A DNA stretch of 64,000 bases, from IMG/VR virus record IMGVR_UViG_3300032235_000653, positions 35,767-99,766 of that record, one strand, 5' to 3'. The notes below the pieces were generated by a model. It ran no database searches, was not told the origin of the DNA, and saw only the letters and a list, made by a program, of their open reading frames with translations. Positions 49,901 through 58,993 of this stretch are shown here, in pieces. The position numbers and the translations under genes are program-made. This DNA comes from a virus. Numbering within the stretch: the stretch's first letter is position 1; the number at the start of each line of letters is the position of its first letter.

Positions 49901-50365
49901 TTGTTCATACCAATTGACATTTCCATTATCGTTCCAGTTTATAATAAGATTAGTAAGGTCGATCCCGTTGCTATCCTGTAATCTTTCAGTGGTTTGTACA
50001 CTGTCAAATTTTATAAAACCATTGGCTGTTTGGTTACGTTTAGGTACGTAGCTAATTAATTTAGCTAGTTTTAAAACACTGTCCCTACGTTCTGCTGTAT
50101 CGATAAAATTTTCACGAGCGTTTAAATCTGTACGGAATGCAAGACTCTGCCCCAAAAATGCGATAAGATCAATTAATGCTATGTATTCACTGGATTCAAT
50201 AAAATCATTGAAATTTTCTGGATAGTATATGCGTAGATAATCCAGCATTGTTTTACGCAAAGTTTGAAAATCATAACTTTGAAAATCTGCGTTTCTGAAA
50301 GTTTCGTAAAGAATAGTCCAGTCTTGATTGACTAAAAGACTACTTTGTCTGGTTGTAAGTGCCAT
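46952..50365 (-). CDS. gp6: baseplate wedge protein, T4 gp6-like
   Basis: DFQTLRKTMLDYLR, ENFIDTAERRDSVLKLAKLISY.PKR, FGDG, QNRMVTGEDY. Confidence 0.8.
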   Translation of the reverse strand: MALTTRQSSLLVNQDWTILYETFRNADFQSYDFQTLRKTMLDYLRIYYPENFNDFIESSEYIALIDLIAFLGQSLAFRTDLNARENFIDTAERRDSVLKLAKLISYVPKRNQTANGFIKFDSVQTTERLQDSNGIDLTNLIINWNDNGNVNWYEQFITIINAALPTNQQVGKPANSKTIAGVLNAEYNINLPPGTLPVFGYNTQIENSVLNFEVVSGTSADESYIYESAPAPGRPLNVIYKNDNLGNASNNTGFFFYFKQGNLQTQTFRFPESLPNNLVSINFDNINKSDVWLYEIGSLGNIGQAWNQIPSVNGVNIIYNNNAAQKSYQVNTRAGDQVDLVFGDGTFAAVPVGSFITYFRTSTGLSYKITPDEMTNIRLTIPYISRAGRLETLTIVASLKYTVANAIPRESINEIKTKAPQLYYTQNRMVTGEDYNTFPYANYSTISKVKAVNRTSSGISRYLDIFDTSGRYSSTNIFSEDGILYKEDADSSFSFTFGTTADINRIIENQILPSIRSKSLQHFYYEYFNRFSLTNLYWNRSTAGSGSSTGYFIDFPSSGNKVAVGTGVVGNNRYLTEGCIIVFSPGPGNYFNSANEIIALPSSGQVPQNGQPLLYVSITNLIGNGNQGNLGNGEGPVKLSLNLPSTAQAVTVIPTFSNTFTTEFVSKLIGLISNYSEFGIRYDQNTQTWQTISAQDLNLTDPFSQIYQGSTSGQNLDASWLLSFTVSNSTYTVQIRGLSYIFESTQETKFYFDNRIKIFDPVTGYTVNDSVNILKVNGDPDTGQPLTENVLWYIYDQIAESDGYVDASKVLVTYSDINNDGVPDDPDIFNTVVQPNVNNSPPTKFVFFEKTYEYNSFVTFTPIPSSAVVIVRNQLDVIPNINNYIEGQIFYAYEEEIFYVLTINLTTRSLTESNDYIARVGRSSLYFQYKHNAPGSRRIDPSPSNLIDLYVLTKEYETEYRAWILDTTGTVQEPEKETGESLKLAFGDLENYKSVSDAIIYNAAVFKPLFGNKARPELQATFKIIKNPNINLTDSEIRSQVLAYINAFFAVGNWDFGETFYFTELATYIQQGLAPNISSIIIVPNSTSQTYGSLQQINSEPNEILISSATVENIEIISAITAAQLNIQNLTVNTIIN

Positions 50366-50410
50366 GCCTGTCCTCGTTTTATGTATTTATTGAGAACAAA
50401 ATATGGTATT

Positions 50411-50788
50411 TTAAAGCATTGAATTATTTTGAATCATTTGCTGATCAAACTGTACAGCTAATTTAGCAGTCTGATTTGTTTGAATATAAATTAGCTCTAA
50501 TTCTATTTGTAATCCTCTGTCATACTGAGTTACAATTACATTCTGGGCTGCAATCCTTGGATCGTTTGCAACAATACGTTTTATGTCCTGTATTATTGTA
50601 GTTTTGCTTTCTTCATTCAATGGTTCAAATAGCATGTCCCATATGATGGTACCAAACTCAGGATTCATTAACTTTTCGCCTTTGCGAATGTTAAAATGAT
50701 TTTGTAGATCTCGTTTTACTAATTCAAAATCAGTCAATCGAAATCTCTTGTTACTTTCTAATGTGCTGAATCCGTTGTATAATGCCAT
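50411..50788 (-). CDS. gp25: baseplate wedge subunit, gp25-like
   Basis: LVKRDLQNHFNIRKGEKLMNPEFGTIIWDMLFEP..DPRI. Confidence 0.85.
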   Translation of the reverse strand: MALYNGFSTLESNKRFRLTDFELVKRDLQNHFNIRKGEKLMNPEFGTIIWDMLFEPLNEESKTTIIQDIKRIVANDPRIAAQNVIVTQYDRGLQIELELIYIQTNQTAKLAVQFDQQMIQNNSML

Positions 50789-50796
50789 AACTATAT

Positions 50797-52956
50797 TTAC
50801 CCTGTGCTAGTTATATTAGAGCTTTCAACACTAGCTTGTATAACAGGAACCTGTGTTTGACTGTATTTTCCTTGATTATAAAAAGCAGAAGCAGTTCTGC
50901 CATTATCGTCAGTTGTAGGCTGTCCTGTTTTGTACCAGTTAGTTGCAGCAGCAGACCCGACTAAATGGGCAGCACTAACAATGCCTGCAACATCTTCTGC
51001 AGAACTGTCTGCTGTAATAATACCATTTTTTTGTAATCTTGCATAATTATTTTTGGTATAGTTATACATTGCCTTTTCTTGAATGGTCCCATTTTCTCTG
51101 AATGCATCCGAGCTTGATATACCATCTTTTCCAGTCCAATTGTTGGGATTATTCAATGCTTCTGCTGTCTGCGGCGTCCCAACCTTAATATATCCCAAAT
51201 CTTGCAGTGCAAGAGCCCCTAATTGATACTTGCCCTGATACCCTGCGTCGTTTTGTGCTTGATAAGACCCACCGCTTTCACTGTGTCCAATTTGTGCCAT
51301 GACAGCTCTAAGTTGATTTTTATCTAAATTTCCCAGACTATCAATCGGTTCAGGCTGGGCAATAAAAACTCCAGCTGGTGCTGCTCCTGTTAAGTTTTCA
51401 GTAGCTGCTTGATTCGGCCCTACCCTACTAATATCAACAGGGGGATTTATAGGATCCCCTAAAACGTCTTTTGGCAAGCTAGCCACTGTTTCTCTTTGAC
51501 TCTGAAATACTGCTGCTGCATCACCTCTGATATATGGTTCGTGAGTCGGTACTTTATAATTTGTAGAAATTAAAGAATTTTGTTGCGCGAACCAAATACC
51601 TGGATTAGCAACTTTAGCATCAGGTAATTGATATAAGTTTATCCTACTAGGCGGATTTATTTCTGCACCCCCACCCCCGCCACCATTTAACGCAATAGCA
51701 GCACCGTTGACTGCAATAGATCCGCCTGCTCGTATACCCATAGATTGTTGAGCAACAATCGACAACCCTGAACCGCTTCTTAATTGCGCTTGTTTGCCGT
51801 AAAGATTCAGCGCAGTTTCTGCACTGGCTTGAACTAATTGTCCTGCCATCTTAACACTACCCACTGCTTGCATATTAATATTACGACCTGCAAAGAAACT
51901 AATATTATTATCACTGTGCATCATAATATTGCCTTGAGTGCGTAAAGCAAAATCTTTTGCACCGTAGACTAAAATGTCTCCTTCTTTAGTAAGTTCTATC
52001 CATGCAGTACCGTTAGAATTTGCAACATATATAAAACCTTCAGTGTCGTTTAACATTATCTGATGGCCCATTGCTGTTTTTAATCTAACTAAGTTATCTT
52101 TACCAAACAGATCTCCGTCGTCCATGACAAAACTATGGCCGCCCATTCTTGTTGTAACATTGTACGTTGCAGGATTAAACTCACCCGACACTAATTTTTG
52201 TGCGATATTGGGATCTGTGGCAGGATCTTGGCTGCCGAATGGACGGCCTGGTGTACTAACTCCGAATACTGCGCTGACTGGGTCTCGTTGACTGCTACTG
52301 CTGATGGCTCCCCGAACATTGTCGCTGTCTAGACCTTGTACTACTAGTCTAATAGTCTGCGGGATGTGTAAGGGTTTTTGTAAATTTGGCAAAAATCCAG
52401 CTTTACCGTATACATCTTTACTCTCTACTGTTTCTGCCACAGGGTAAAATTTTCCTGGTAGCAAGTAAGGCCCTAAACCTGATTCAGAAATGCTTTCTTG
52501 AGAAATATAACTAAGTTCTACTGAACCAATTGCCGGAGTCATATTTCTTGTAATTGAAGAATTCACACACGCAAACCAATACCCTTCTTGGCTTCCTGGT
52601 ACAAAACAACACAAGACTTCTGTGCCAATATCAGGCGGCGTCATGTAAAATCCGTAACTCTGTGTCGATAATGAAAAAGTATTTTGGCCTGGTACAGGTT
52701 GTGTATATTCTCCTAATGCACTGGAAGTACTGCCCATAAAGGGACTAGCATAGGATACAAGTTTCCATGTTGTTGGATTTTCAGGATTTGCGCCGCCAAA
52801 TTGAGGTATGAATACTTGTAACCTACCAGATCGTGTATTTGTATCAATGGCTTTTACTTTTCCAATATATATTCCGCTGGGTTGCGGAATATCCATTTTT
52901 GTAGTATCGATGAATGTGGGGTGTTTTGTACCCAAATATGGTTGATTGTATGACAT
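50797..52956 (-). CDS. baseplate hub/spike, gp5-like, with C-terminal lysozyme-like domain
   Basis: OB-fold motifs (GRLQVFIP, PPDIGTEVLC), beta-helix region (GHSFVMDD, GHQIMLND), C-terminal ESGGSY..N..GY.GKYQ and AAHL.G. Confidence 0.75.
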   Translation of the reverse strand: MSYNQPYLGTKHPTFIDTTKMDIPQPSGIYIGKVKAIDTNTRSGRLQVFIPQFGGANPENPTTWKLVSYASPFMGSTSSALGEYTQPVPGQNTFSLSTQSYGFYMTPPDIGTEVLCCFVPGSQEGYWFACVNSSITRNMTPAIGSVELSYISQESISESGLGPYLLPGKFYPVAETVESKDVYGKAGFLPNLQKPLHIPQTIRLVVQGLDSDNVRGAISSSSQRDPVSAVFGVSTPGRPFGSQDPATDPNIAQKLVSGEFNPATYNVTTRMGGHSFVMDDGDLFGKDNLVRLKTAMGHQIMLNDTEGFIYVANSNGTAWIELTKEGDILVYGAKDFALRTQGNIMMHSDNNISFFAGRNINMQAVGSVKMAGQLVQASAETALNLYGKQAQLRSGSGLSIVAQQSMGIRAGGSIAVNGAAIALNGGGGGGAEINPPSRINLYQLPDAKVANPGIWFAQQNSLISTNYKVPTHEPYIRGDAAAVFQSQRETVASLPKDVLGDPINPPVDISRVGPNQAATENLTGAAPAGVFIAQPEPIDSLGNLDKNQLRAVMAQIGHSESGGSYQAQNDAGYQGKYQLGALALQDLGYIKVGTPQTAEALNNPNNWTGKDGISSSDAFRENGTIQEKAMYNYTKNNYARLQKNGIITADSSAEDVAGIVSAAHLVGSAAATNWYKTGQPTTDDNGRTASAFYNQGKYSQTQVPVIQASVESSNITSTG

Positions 52957-52959
52957 AAT

Positions 52960-55758
52960 TTAAATTAAACCAGTAAAGTCACCGAATTCTAAATCGCTTA
53001 ATCCTTCGAATGCTGCGGTCACATCGATATCTGTTACTCCGACATCCAAATCGAAATTGCCAATTGAGTCGAATCCGGATGCGTAATCCAGTGCTCCTGC
53101 GTATTGAAAATCTCCGATGGAATCAAAACTAGTATTATAGTCTGTGCCTAGTGCAGTTGGGCCTTTAAGTATATCATTAATTCCAGCCGTTACTTTATCT
53201 ACTGCAATATTTAATCCTCGGCCGACAACGTTATTAACTAAAGATCCCGCTACTTGCGCTCCGATAGCTTGTAGGAAGCTTCCACCTTGTCCATTTGCTA
53301 GTGCAGTGGCTCCTTGTATTGCAAGGTTTACTGCTGCTGAAGAATTAGTAGACGGAAGCAAGGAAGAAATATTAGTTCTTGGGCCTGCAAATCTGATTGC
53401 TGTATTTACTGTTGGGGTTAGCGCATTTGTAAATGCAGTTTCTACTCTCTGCTGAGCTGAACTCGACGGAACTGGTTTTCCTTCTTGATCATATAATAAC
53501 TTTGCTAAAGTTAAATTTTGCTCAAATTTGCCTTTACTAAAAGAATTATCAACAGTAATTATTTTATAAACTCCGCTAAATTCACTGTATCTATATCTAC
53601 TAGATGTTACATCTGCTATACCTTTAGTTTCGTCGTAGTCCACTGGACTTTGGAAATTCACAAACACATACAGTTCTCCACCGTCCATATATAAACTACT
53701 GCCAGAACTATTGTTTAAAAATTGGCCCGAAGGTGTATCTAATCCCTGCCCCATGAAAAAATCATCTTGTTTAATAAAGTGCGGATCACCTACAATTTTT
53801 AAATTTAACGTTATCATATCCCCTTTAGCGCCTAGCATCAAAGATCTATTCAAATCTCCTGCGTCCACGGATGCTTGAGGCATTCCACCAGCTCTTATAG
53901 TTGTTGCAACATTGTCACTGACTAATGCTATAGAAGTTGGCGCAATATTCTCTTGTGGTCTTTCTTCAGTATTGGGATTAGGAGGCGCAATGTTTTTTCC
54001 GTAATCTGGATTGGCCGTGGCTCCACCGTCCCCCGGAGTTCCTGTTTGTGGCTGTCTACTTTTTACACGATTGGTAGACATTTCTATTAGATATAGTGTA
54101 TTAAAGTCTATTTGTAAATCAATAACATCTTTGTTTTTTCCTGTAAAAATATAATCATATTTTTTTACAAATCCAGGTACACGCCCTTTGGGATAAAATG
54201 GATGTTTGGCAGATAAGTTGTATGGCTTTACATAAAACACCACATCCATACTATATCTATTTTGCGTTGGATCGTATTCTCTTATATAAATGTTAGGAAT
54301 AATTTTAAACCATCTCAACCATGTAACAGTATTAGGATTTCCTCCTGATATAACACCTTCTCTCTGGGCTGGAGTTATTGTTGGGTCTTTTAATTGTTCA
54401 CTGATATATTCGCTATTTCTGACTGCCCAATCGATCATTCTGTCAACAGTAGTCCCTGCAGGAATATTTACTGTTGCTCCGTCGAATCGTAGTTGCCCTT
54501 TAGCAGCGCCCGATGCTGCTTGAATTTGTGCTTTTTGGGCATTAGTTGATGTTCCACTGACCGGAGTGCCTGCTGCATTTACAGGCCCTGCTGTTGTATA
54601 TAATTTACTGTTGCCTATTTTTGCATCAAATACAACCCTGACTGTATTAATTCTAGATATTTGATTTTGTAGCTTCAATGAACTAAAATAACTATTGATA
54701 GCAGCGCAGAATCCAGTTATTCCAAAATTTCCATACTCATTATTCAATTGATCTGTTAAGTCACTGATTTTTGATCTGGCCTGAGATGCAAATCGAGCGT
54801 CGAAGCCCCCTGATGCGGATGCTGTAAATGGTCTGAGTTCACTAATCTCCCGCTCAATATTAGCTTTATTAACAAGTTTTACAGAGAATTCATTGTCGCT
54901 GGCTGACACTTGTGCTGGCCCACCAAAAATTTGACTGACTGTGGTAGCAGTGACTGTAGTGCTAACAGGCAAGCTTACATTTATTTGATTAAATGCCTGA
55001 TGATTAAATGGCACTGCATCAATTTGATATTCTGTGCCTCTGGAAGTCAACTTGGATTTAATATTGGTCAGCCTAATAGGAATAAATTTTGAATGTTCTT
55101 TGAGCGGACCTGGAGGGCCACCATCTACACTGCCAAAGAAGTCTATTTCTAACATGTATGGCATTTGCAGATAGCTACCCAATCCCGCGTTAACCCTGTT
55201 TGCGGCATCCAACATTCTATTAATTAAAGTAAACCCTAATGGTTCAATTATAGTGAAACTGCATTCAATTAAATTACTGTTTCTATTTCTGGAAGTAGTA
55301 TTGACTATAGTTTTTATTTTTAAATCTTCAAAATAAAAATCTTCTTCAAATGCAGGATCTCGTCTAAAAGTTTCCCCGTATCTTCCTGCACTACTAATTA
55401 AAACATTTTGTGGTACATACTGTTTTTGTAAAGTATTGTTCTTACTCACTAAGTTATTGTAATTTTGAATTCCCATTAGGTGCAAACTTAGACAATAGGT
55501 ATAAGAATCATATTCTAACAATGGATTATCAACTACACCTTGTCTAGTGTTAGAACCTATAAAAGCAGTGGTACCAAATATTGTACGACCTTCTGCATCA
55601 CGTATCTGTGCCAACTCAGCTTCGTTGGCTGCATCTATTGCTTCATCACCCACAGCTGGAATTAAATCTATCACAGGAGTGGTAATATTTTGTCTTTCAT
55701 TGAGAGAAATAGCAACAGCTGATGCGTTGATGACCGTAGAATCTAAAGGATTTATCAT
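52960..55758 (-). CDS. putative baseplate hub/tail protein
   Basis: 932 aa immediately upstream of the gp5-like gene; IIEP.G, YDYIFTGKN.DV, LKIVGDP, GVYKI..V...F..G.F.Q.L. Confidence 0.55.
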   Translation of the reverse strand: MINPLDSTVINASAVAISLNERQNITTPVIDLIPAVGDEAIDAANEAELAQIRDAEGRTIFGTTAFIGSNTRQGVVDNPLLEYDSYTYCLSLHLMGIQNYNNLVSKNNTLQKQYVPQNVLISSAGRYGETFRRDPAFEEDFYFEDLKIKTIVNTTSRNRNSNLIECSFTIIEPLGFTLINRMLDAANRVNAGLGSYLQMPYMLEIDFFGSVDGGPPGPLKEHSKFIPIRLTNIKSKLTSRGTEYQIDAVPFNHQAFNQINVSLPVSTTVTATTVSQIFGGPAQVSASDNEFSVKLVNKANIEREISELRPFTASASGGFDARFASQARSKISDLTDQLNNEYGNFGITGFCAAINSYFSSLKLQNQISRINTVRVVFDAKIGNSKLYTTAGPVNAAGTPVSGTSTNAQKAQIQAASGAAKGQLRFDGATVNIPAGTTVDRMIDWAVRNSEYISEQLKDPTITPAQREGVISGGNPNTVTWLRWFKIIPNIYIREYDPTQNRYSMDVVFYVKPYNLSAKHPFYPKGRVPGFVKKYDYIFTGKNKDVIDLQIDFNTLYLIEMSTNRVKSRQPQTGTPGDGGATANPDYGKNIAPPNPNTEERPQENIAPTSIALVSDNVATTIRAGGMPQASVDAGDLNRSLMLGAKGDMITLNLKIVGDPHFIKQDDFFMGQGLDTPSGQFLNNSSGSSLYMDGGELYVFVNFQSPVDYDETKGIADVTSSRYRYSEFSGVYKIITVDNSFSKGKFEQNLTLAKLLYDQEGKPVPSSSAQQRVETAFTNALTPTVNTAIRFAGPRTNISSLLPSTNSSAAVNLAIQGATALANGQGGSFLQAIGAQVAGSLVNNVVGRGLNIAVDKVTAGINDILKGPTALGTDYNTSFDSIGDFQYAGALDYASGFDSIGNFDLDVGVTDIDVTAAFEGLSDLEFGDFTGLI

Positions 55759-55762
55759 CGTA

Positions 55763-56065
55763 TTATCCTATTGCGCTGGTTATTGCAGCTTTCTTAGGCA
55801 AAAATATTCTATTGCCTATTTTCATATCGAAGATAGGATCTTTAATAGTGTTGGGATTACGTAGTGCAAATACCCACCAAAGGCCTGTATCTTCGTACAA
55901 GTCGTATGCTAACAAGTCAGGTCTGTATTGATAAGTTTTGTTTATAGCAAAAAGTACGTCATCTGGGTTTTTAGGTATTGCTGGAAAATTTGCAAGATCT
56001 AAAAAGTCTCCATAAAAAGATGTCTTAGAATATAAACTATTTTGAGCATATTGAATTTCAGCCAT
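55763..56065 (-). CDS. baseplate wedge protein, gp53/LysM-like
   Basis: YQYRPDLLAYDLY..GLWWVF..RN. Confidence 0.7.
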   Translation of the reverse strand: MAEIQYAQNSLYSKTSFYGDFLDLANFPAIPKNPDDVLFAINKTYQYRPDLLAYDLYEDTGLWWVFALRNPNTIKDPIFDMKIGNRIFLPKKAAITSAIG

Positions 56066-56964
56066 TATAGGAAACCTCCAATAGGTGAATTACCATTTTG
56101 AATTAGAACGCCTCGCGCGAATCTATCTAGTGTAAAGTTTCTAGCAATATTTTGTCTGCTGTATACAGGTTGTAGGGTAATGTTCACTGTGCTACTTGTT
56201 GGCAGTCTGACTGGGCCTCCTAGATTTTGTGTAGGAGAACCTATTACTACGCCTGACCTATCATTGTAAATAGGTGCGCCAACTGGAATGGCAACATAAT
56301 CTACTTCCCCTGGCATAGTATGACTGAATGCCGTTACAACACAAGGAACATGAGGAAGATATGCTGCCCCAAATCCATCTAAGAATACCAGTGGAGGGGG
56401 ACTACCTGCATTTTGATCTGCGCCAAAAAACATCTTAGTAACAGTTCTAAAAAATTGTATTACTGCCATCAAATACTGACCTTCTTGAATATTCTGAACC
56501 GTAAACTCTCCGTTTATATTAATTGAAGCAACTTCGCTGCCCTCATAAAAATAACTGGAATAATTGCTATGTGTTAATGGAGTAGAACCATATCTTGCAT
56601 TGTGTGTTACAGACAATGACGGCGTATACGGAAACACTACTCCGCTAGTAGCTGCCAATGGACGGAGAATGACATTATCTGTCCTATTGTAAAATAAATC
56701 AGCAGTGGCTTTTGCCATGCTAATTCGTACTCGCCAATCATCTTCTGATTTTATAGGTGATCCGTCGGTGCCGTTAAAATTAACGTTAAATACACTACCG
56801 GCTATATCTGTCAACAAACCATTGGCACCAGGAGCAAGTCCAGAATTCGCTAACCTCGATCCACTCGACGATGCTGAGCCAGTAGATCCTAGTACACTGA
56901 CTGGGTCGTACAATGCATTTTGGTTGGAACCGTCCCCTGCAAAATTAGAAGTGTTATATGACAT
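56065..56964 (-). CDS. tail tube initiator/baseplate protein (gp48/gp54-like)
   Basis: VFPYTP, GSPPPLVFL, PCVVTAFS; position in the baseplate module. Confidence 0.55.
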   Translation of the reverse strand: MSYNTSNFAGDGSNQNALYDPVSVLGSTGSASSSGSRLANSGLAPGANGLLTDIAGSVFNVNFNGTDGSPIKSEDDWRVRISMAKATADLFYNRTDNVILRPLAATSGVVFPYTPSLSVTHNARYGSTPLTHSNYSSYFYEGSEVASININGEFTVQNIQEGQYLMAVIQFFRTVTKMFFGADQNAGSPPPLVFLDGFGAAYLPHVPCVVTAFSHTMPGEVDYVAIPVGAPIYNDRSGVVIGSPTQNLGGPVRLPTSSTVNITLQPVYSRQNIARNFTLDRFARGVLIQNGNSPIGGFL

Positions 56965-57018
56965 TTTTTACCTGTTTTAGATATTTATCGAACCAAAAAT
57001 AGTAGCTTATTATTGGCA

Positions 57019-57048
57019 TTGACATCACCGCTTATACTATGTTAGTAT
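57019..57048 (+). promoter_or_regulatory. sigma70-type promoter for the gp55-like gene
   Basis: TTGACA (57019-57024), 18 nt, TAGTAT (57043-57048) with TG extension. Confidence 0.5.
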
Positions 57049-57075
57049 GTACCAACCGCAGATTTAAAGGATAAA

Positions 57076-57957
57076 ATGAAATCAAATTACTTAAACAATA
57101 AAGATATTCTTAAAGAGATACACAAGAGCAAGAATTCATATTGCACATTCAGTGACCCAGAAGTTGCAGACTATGACATGATTCTGCCAGACATTAAAAA
57201 AATTAACAAAAAAAATATTTTAGATGCCCGAAAACTAAGAGCAGAAAGATTGAGTAAATTGGCACACGAAGCTGCTGTGGCGGCCACTGGGGAAAAGCAA
57301 AAAGCTGACCAATTTGAAATCAAATATACTAAAATTCCCCAGACTGATGTAGTCTTTCGAATTATGACATGGGAACATATACCATTAGACGACGTTAAAA
57401 CTAAAAAAGCCAAAGATGCAGCCAAAGAATTATTTGACGACGAAGACGAAACTTCTCATACTGAATATGATGAAGATGATCCTAAACACAACAAATACGT
57501 TAAAGTTAACTTCCCGCCGTTTTTTCATTACAAAGTAGATGAAGAAGGCAACCCTATTCTAGTAGGCAAAAGTCATTGGTCGGGCGGATTAGACACTGGA
57601 TCTTTTAACAGAGATCACGGTGCAATGACTAATAAACTAGCTCACATGTTTATGAAACTGTGTGAACGTTATGCAACTAGAAGTAATTGGAGAGGGTATA
57701 CTTATAACGATGAAATGAGAAGCCAAGCCCTACTACAGCTCAGCCAAATTGGCCTTCAATTCGACGAATCAAAATCGCAGAACCCTTTTGCGTATTATAC
57801 TGCCGCTATCACTAATAGCTTCACTCGTGTGTTGAACATCGAAAAACGCAATCAAAACTTACGTGACGATATTTTAGAAATGAACAATCTTAATCCGAGT
57901 TACACCAGACAAGGAATGAGTTCTGGCGGCAGCGGGGGTAGCTTTTATGACGAATAA
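57076..57957 (+). CDS. gp55: late transcription sigma factor, T4 gp55-like
   Basis: NYLNNKD, RSNWRGYTYNDEM, FDESKSQNPFAYYT; synteny with gp47 and gp46. Confidence 0.85.
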   Translation: MKSNYLNNKDILKEIHKSKNSYCTFSDPEVADYDMILPDIKKINKKNILDARKLRAERLSKLAHEAAVAATGEKQKADQFEIKYTKIPQTDVVFRIMTWEHIPLDDVKTKKAKDAAKELFDDEDETSHTEYDEDDPKHNKYVKVNFPPFFHYKVDEEGNPILVGKSHWSGGLDTGSFNRDHGAMTNKLAHMFMKLCERYATRSNWRGYTYNDEMRSQALLQLSQIGLQFDESKSQNPFAYYTAAITNSFTRVLNIEKRNQNLRDDILEMNNLNPSYTRQGMSSGGSGGSFYDE

Positions 57958-57974
57958 TGTGTTATACTAGGTAG

Positions 57975-58991
57975 ATGAGTAATTTATTTAAAAAAGCCGC
58001 AATATTTACTGACATCCATTTTGGCTTAAAATCAAATAGTCAGTTACACAACGAAGATTGTTTAAATTTTGTTAAGTGGGCAACTAACAAAGCAAAACAA
58101 GAAGGCTGTGAAACCGCCATGTTCCTCGGAGATTGGCATAACAATCGAGCCAGTATTAATATTGTTACCCTCAATTACAGTTTAAAGGCACTGGAGTACT
58201 TAAATGATAATTTTGAACGTGTTTATTTTATTCCTGGTAATCATGATTTGTATTATCGGGATAAACGTGATATTCAATCGGTTGAATGGGCTCGTCATCT
58301 CCCGAACGTTCAAATTGTTAACGATTGGTTTACTAGCGGCGATGTGGTTATTGCTCCTTGGCTTGTCGGAGACGACCACAAACGAATTTCCAAACTTAAA
58401 GGAAAATACATGTTTGGACACTTCGAGCTGCCCCACTTCTATATGAACGCCATGGTGCAGATGCCTGATCACGGCGAAATTAAAAATGAACATTTTGGAA
58501 ATTTTGATCAAGTATTCACTGGTCACTTTCATAAAAGACAGCAACGTCAAAATATTACGTATATCGGAAATTGTTTCCCTCACAACTATGCTGATGCTGG
58601 CGACGACGATCGTGGACTAACTATTTTAGAATGGGGCAAACCCCCAGAACATCATGCCTGGCCTAATCAGCCCCGCTATCGTGTTTTAGGCTTAGGTGCT
58701 ATTTTAAATAATGCAGATTCTGTTCTAGGACAGGGTATGCATGTTCGTGTTAACATTGACATTGATATTAGCTACGAAGAAGCAACGTTTATTAAAGAAA
58801 CGTTTATGCAAAGTCACAAGTTACGTGAGATTACATTAATTCCCCAAAAGAATGCAGACTTAAATGAATTTGCAATACAAGGCAATGTTAATTTTGAAAG
58901 TGTAGATCAAATTGTTACAAATCAATTAACAGCAATTACCAGCGATCACTACGATAATAATTTGTTGCTGGATATTTACAGAAATTTATAA
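57975..58991 (+). CDS. gp47: recombination endonuclease subunit, gp47/Mre11-like
   Basis: DIHFG, LGDW, GNHD, GHFE, GHFH phosphoesterase motifs. Confidence 0.93.
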   Translation: MSNLFKKAAIFTDIHFGLKSNSQLHNEDCLNFVKWATNKAKQEGCETAMFLGDWHNNRASINIVTLNYSLKALEYLNDNFERVYFIPGNHDLYYRDKRDIQSVEWARHLPNVQIVNDWFTSGDVVIAPWLVGDDHKRISKLKGKYMFGHFELPHFYMNAMVQMPDHGEIKNEHFGNFDQVFTGHFHKRQQRQNITYIGNCFPHNYADAGDDDRGLTILEWGKPPEHHAWPNQPRYRVLGLGAILNNADSVLGQGMHVRVNIDIDISYEEATFIKETFMQSHKLREITLIPQKNADLNEFAIQGNVNFESVDQIVTNQLTAITSDHYDNNLLLDIYRNL

Positions 58992-58993
58992 TC

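Noticed and set aside
33183-55864. Many short + strand ORFs opposite the structural genes (and similar shadow ORFs elsewhere)
   Set aside because: They are antisense or alternative-frame shadows of well-supported long CDSs, with no motifs.
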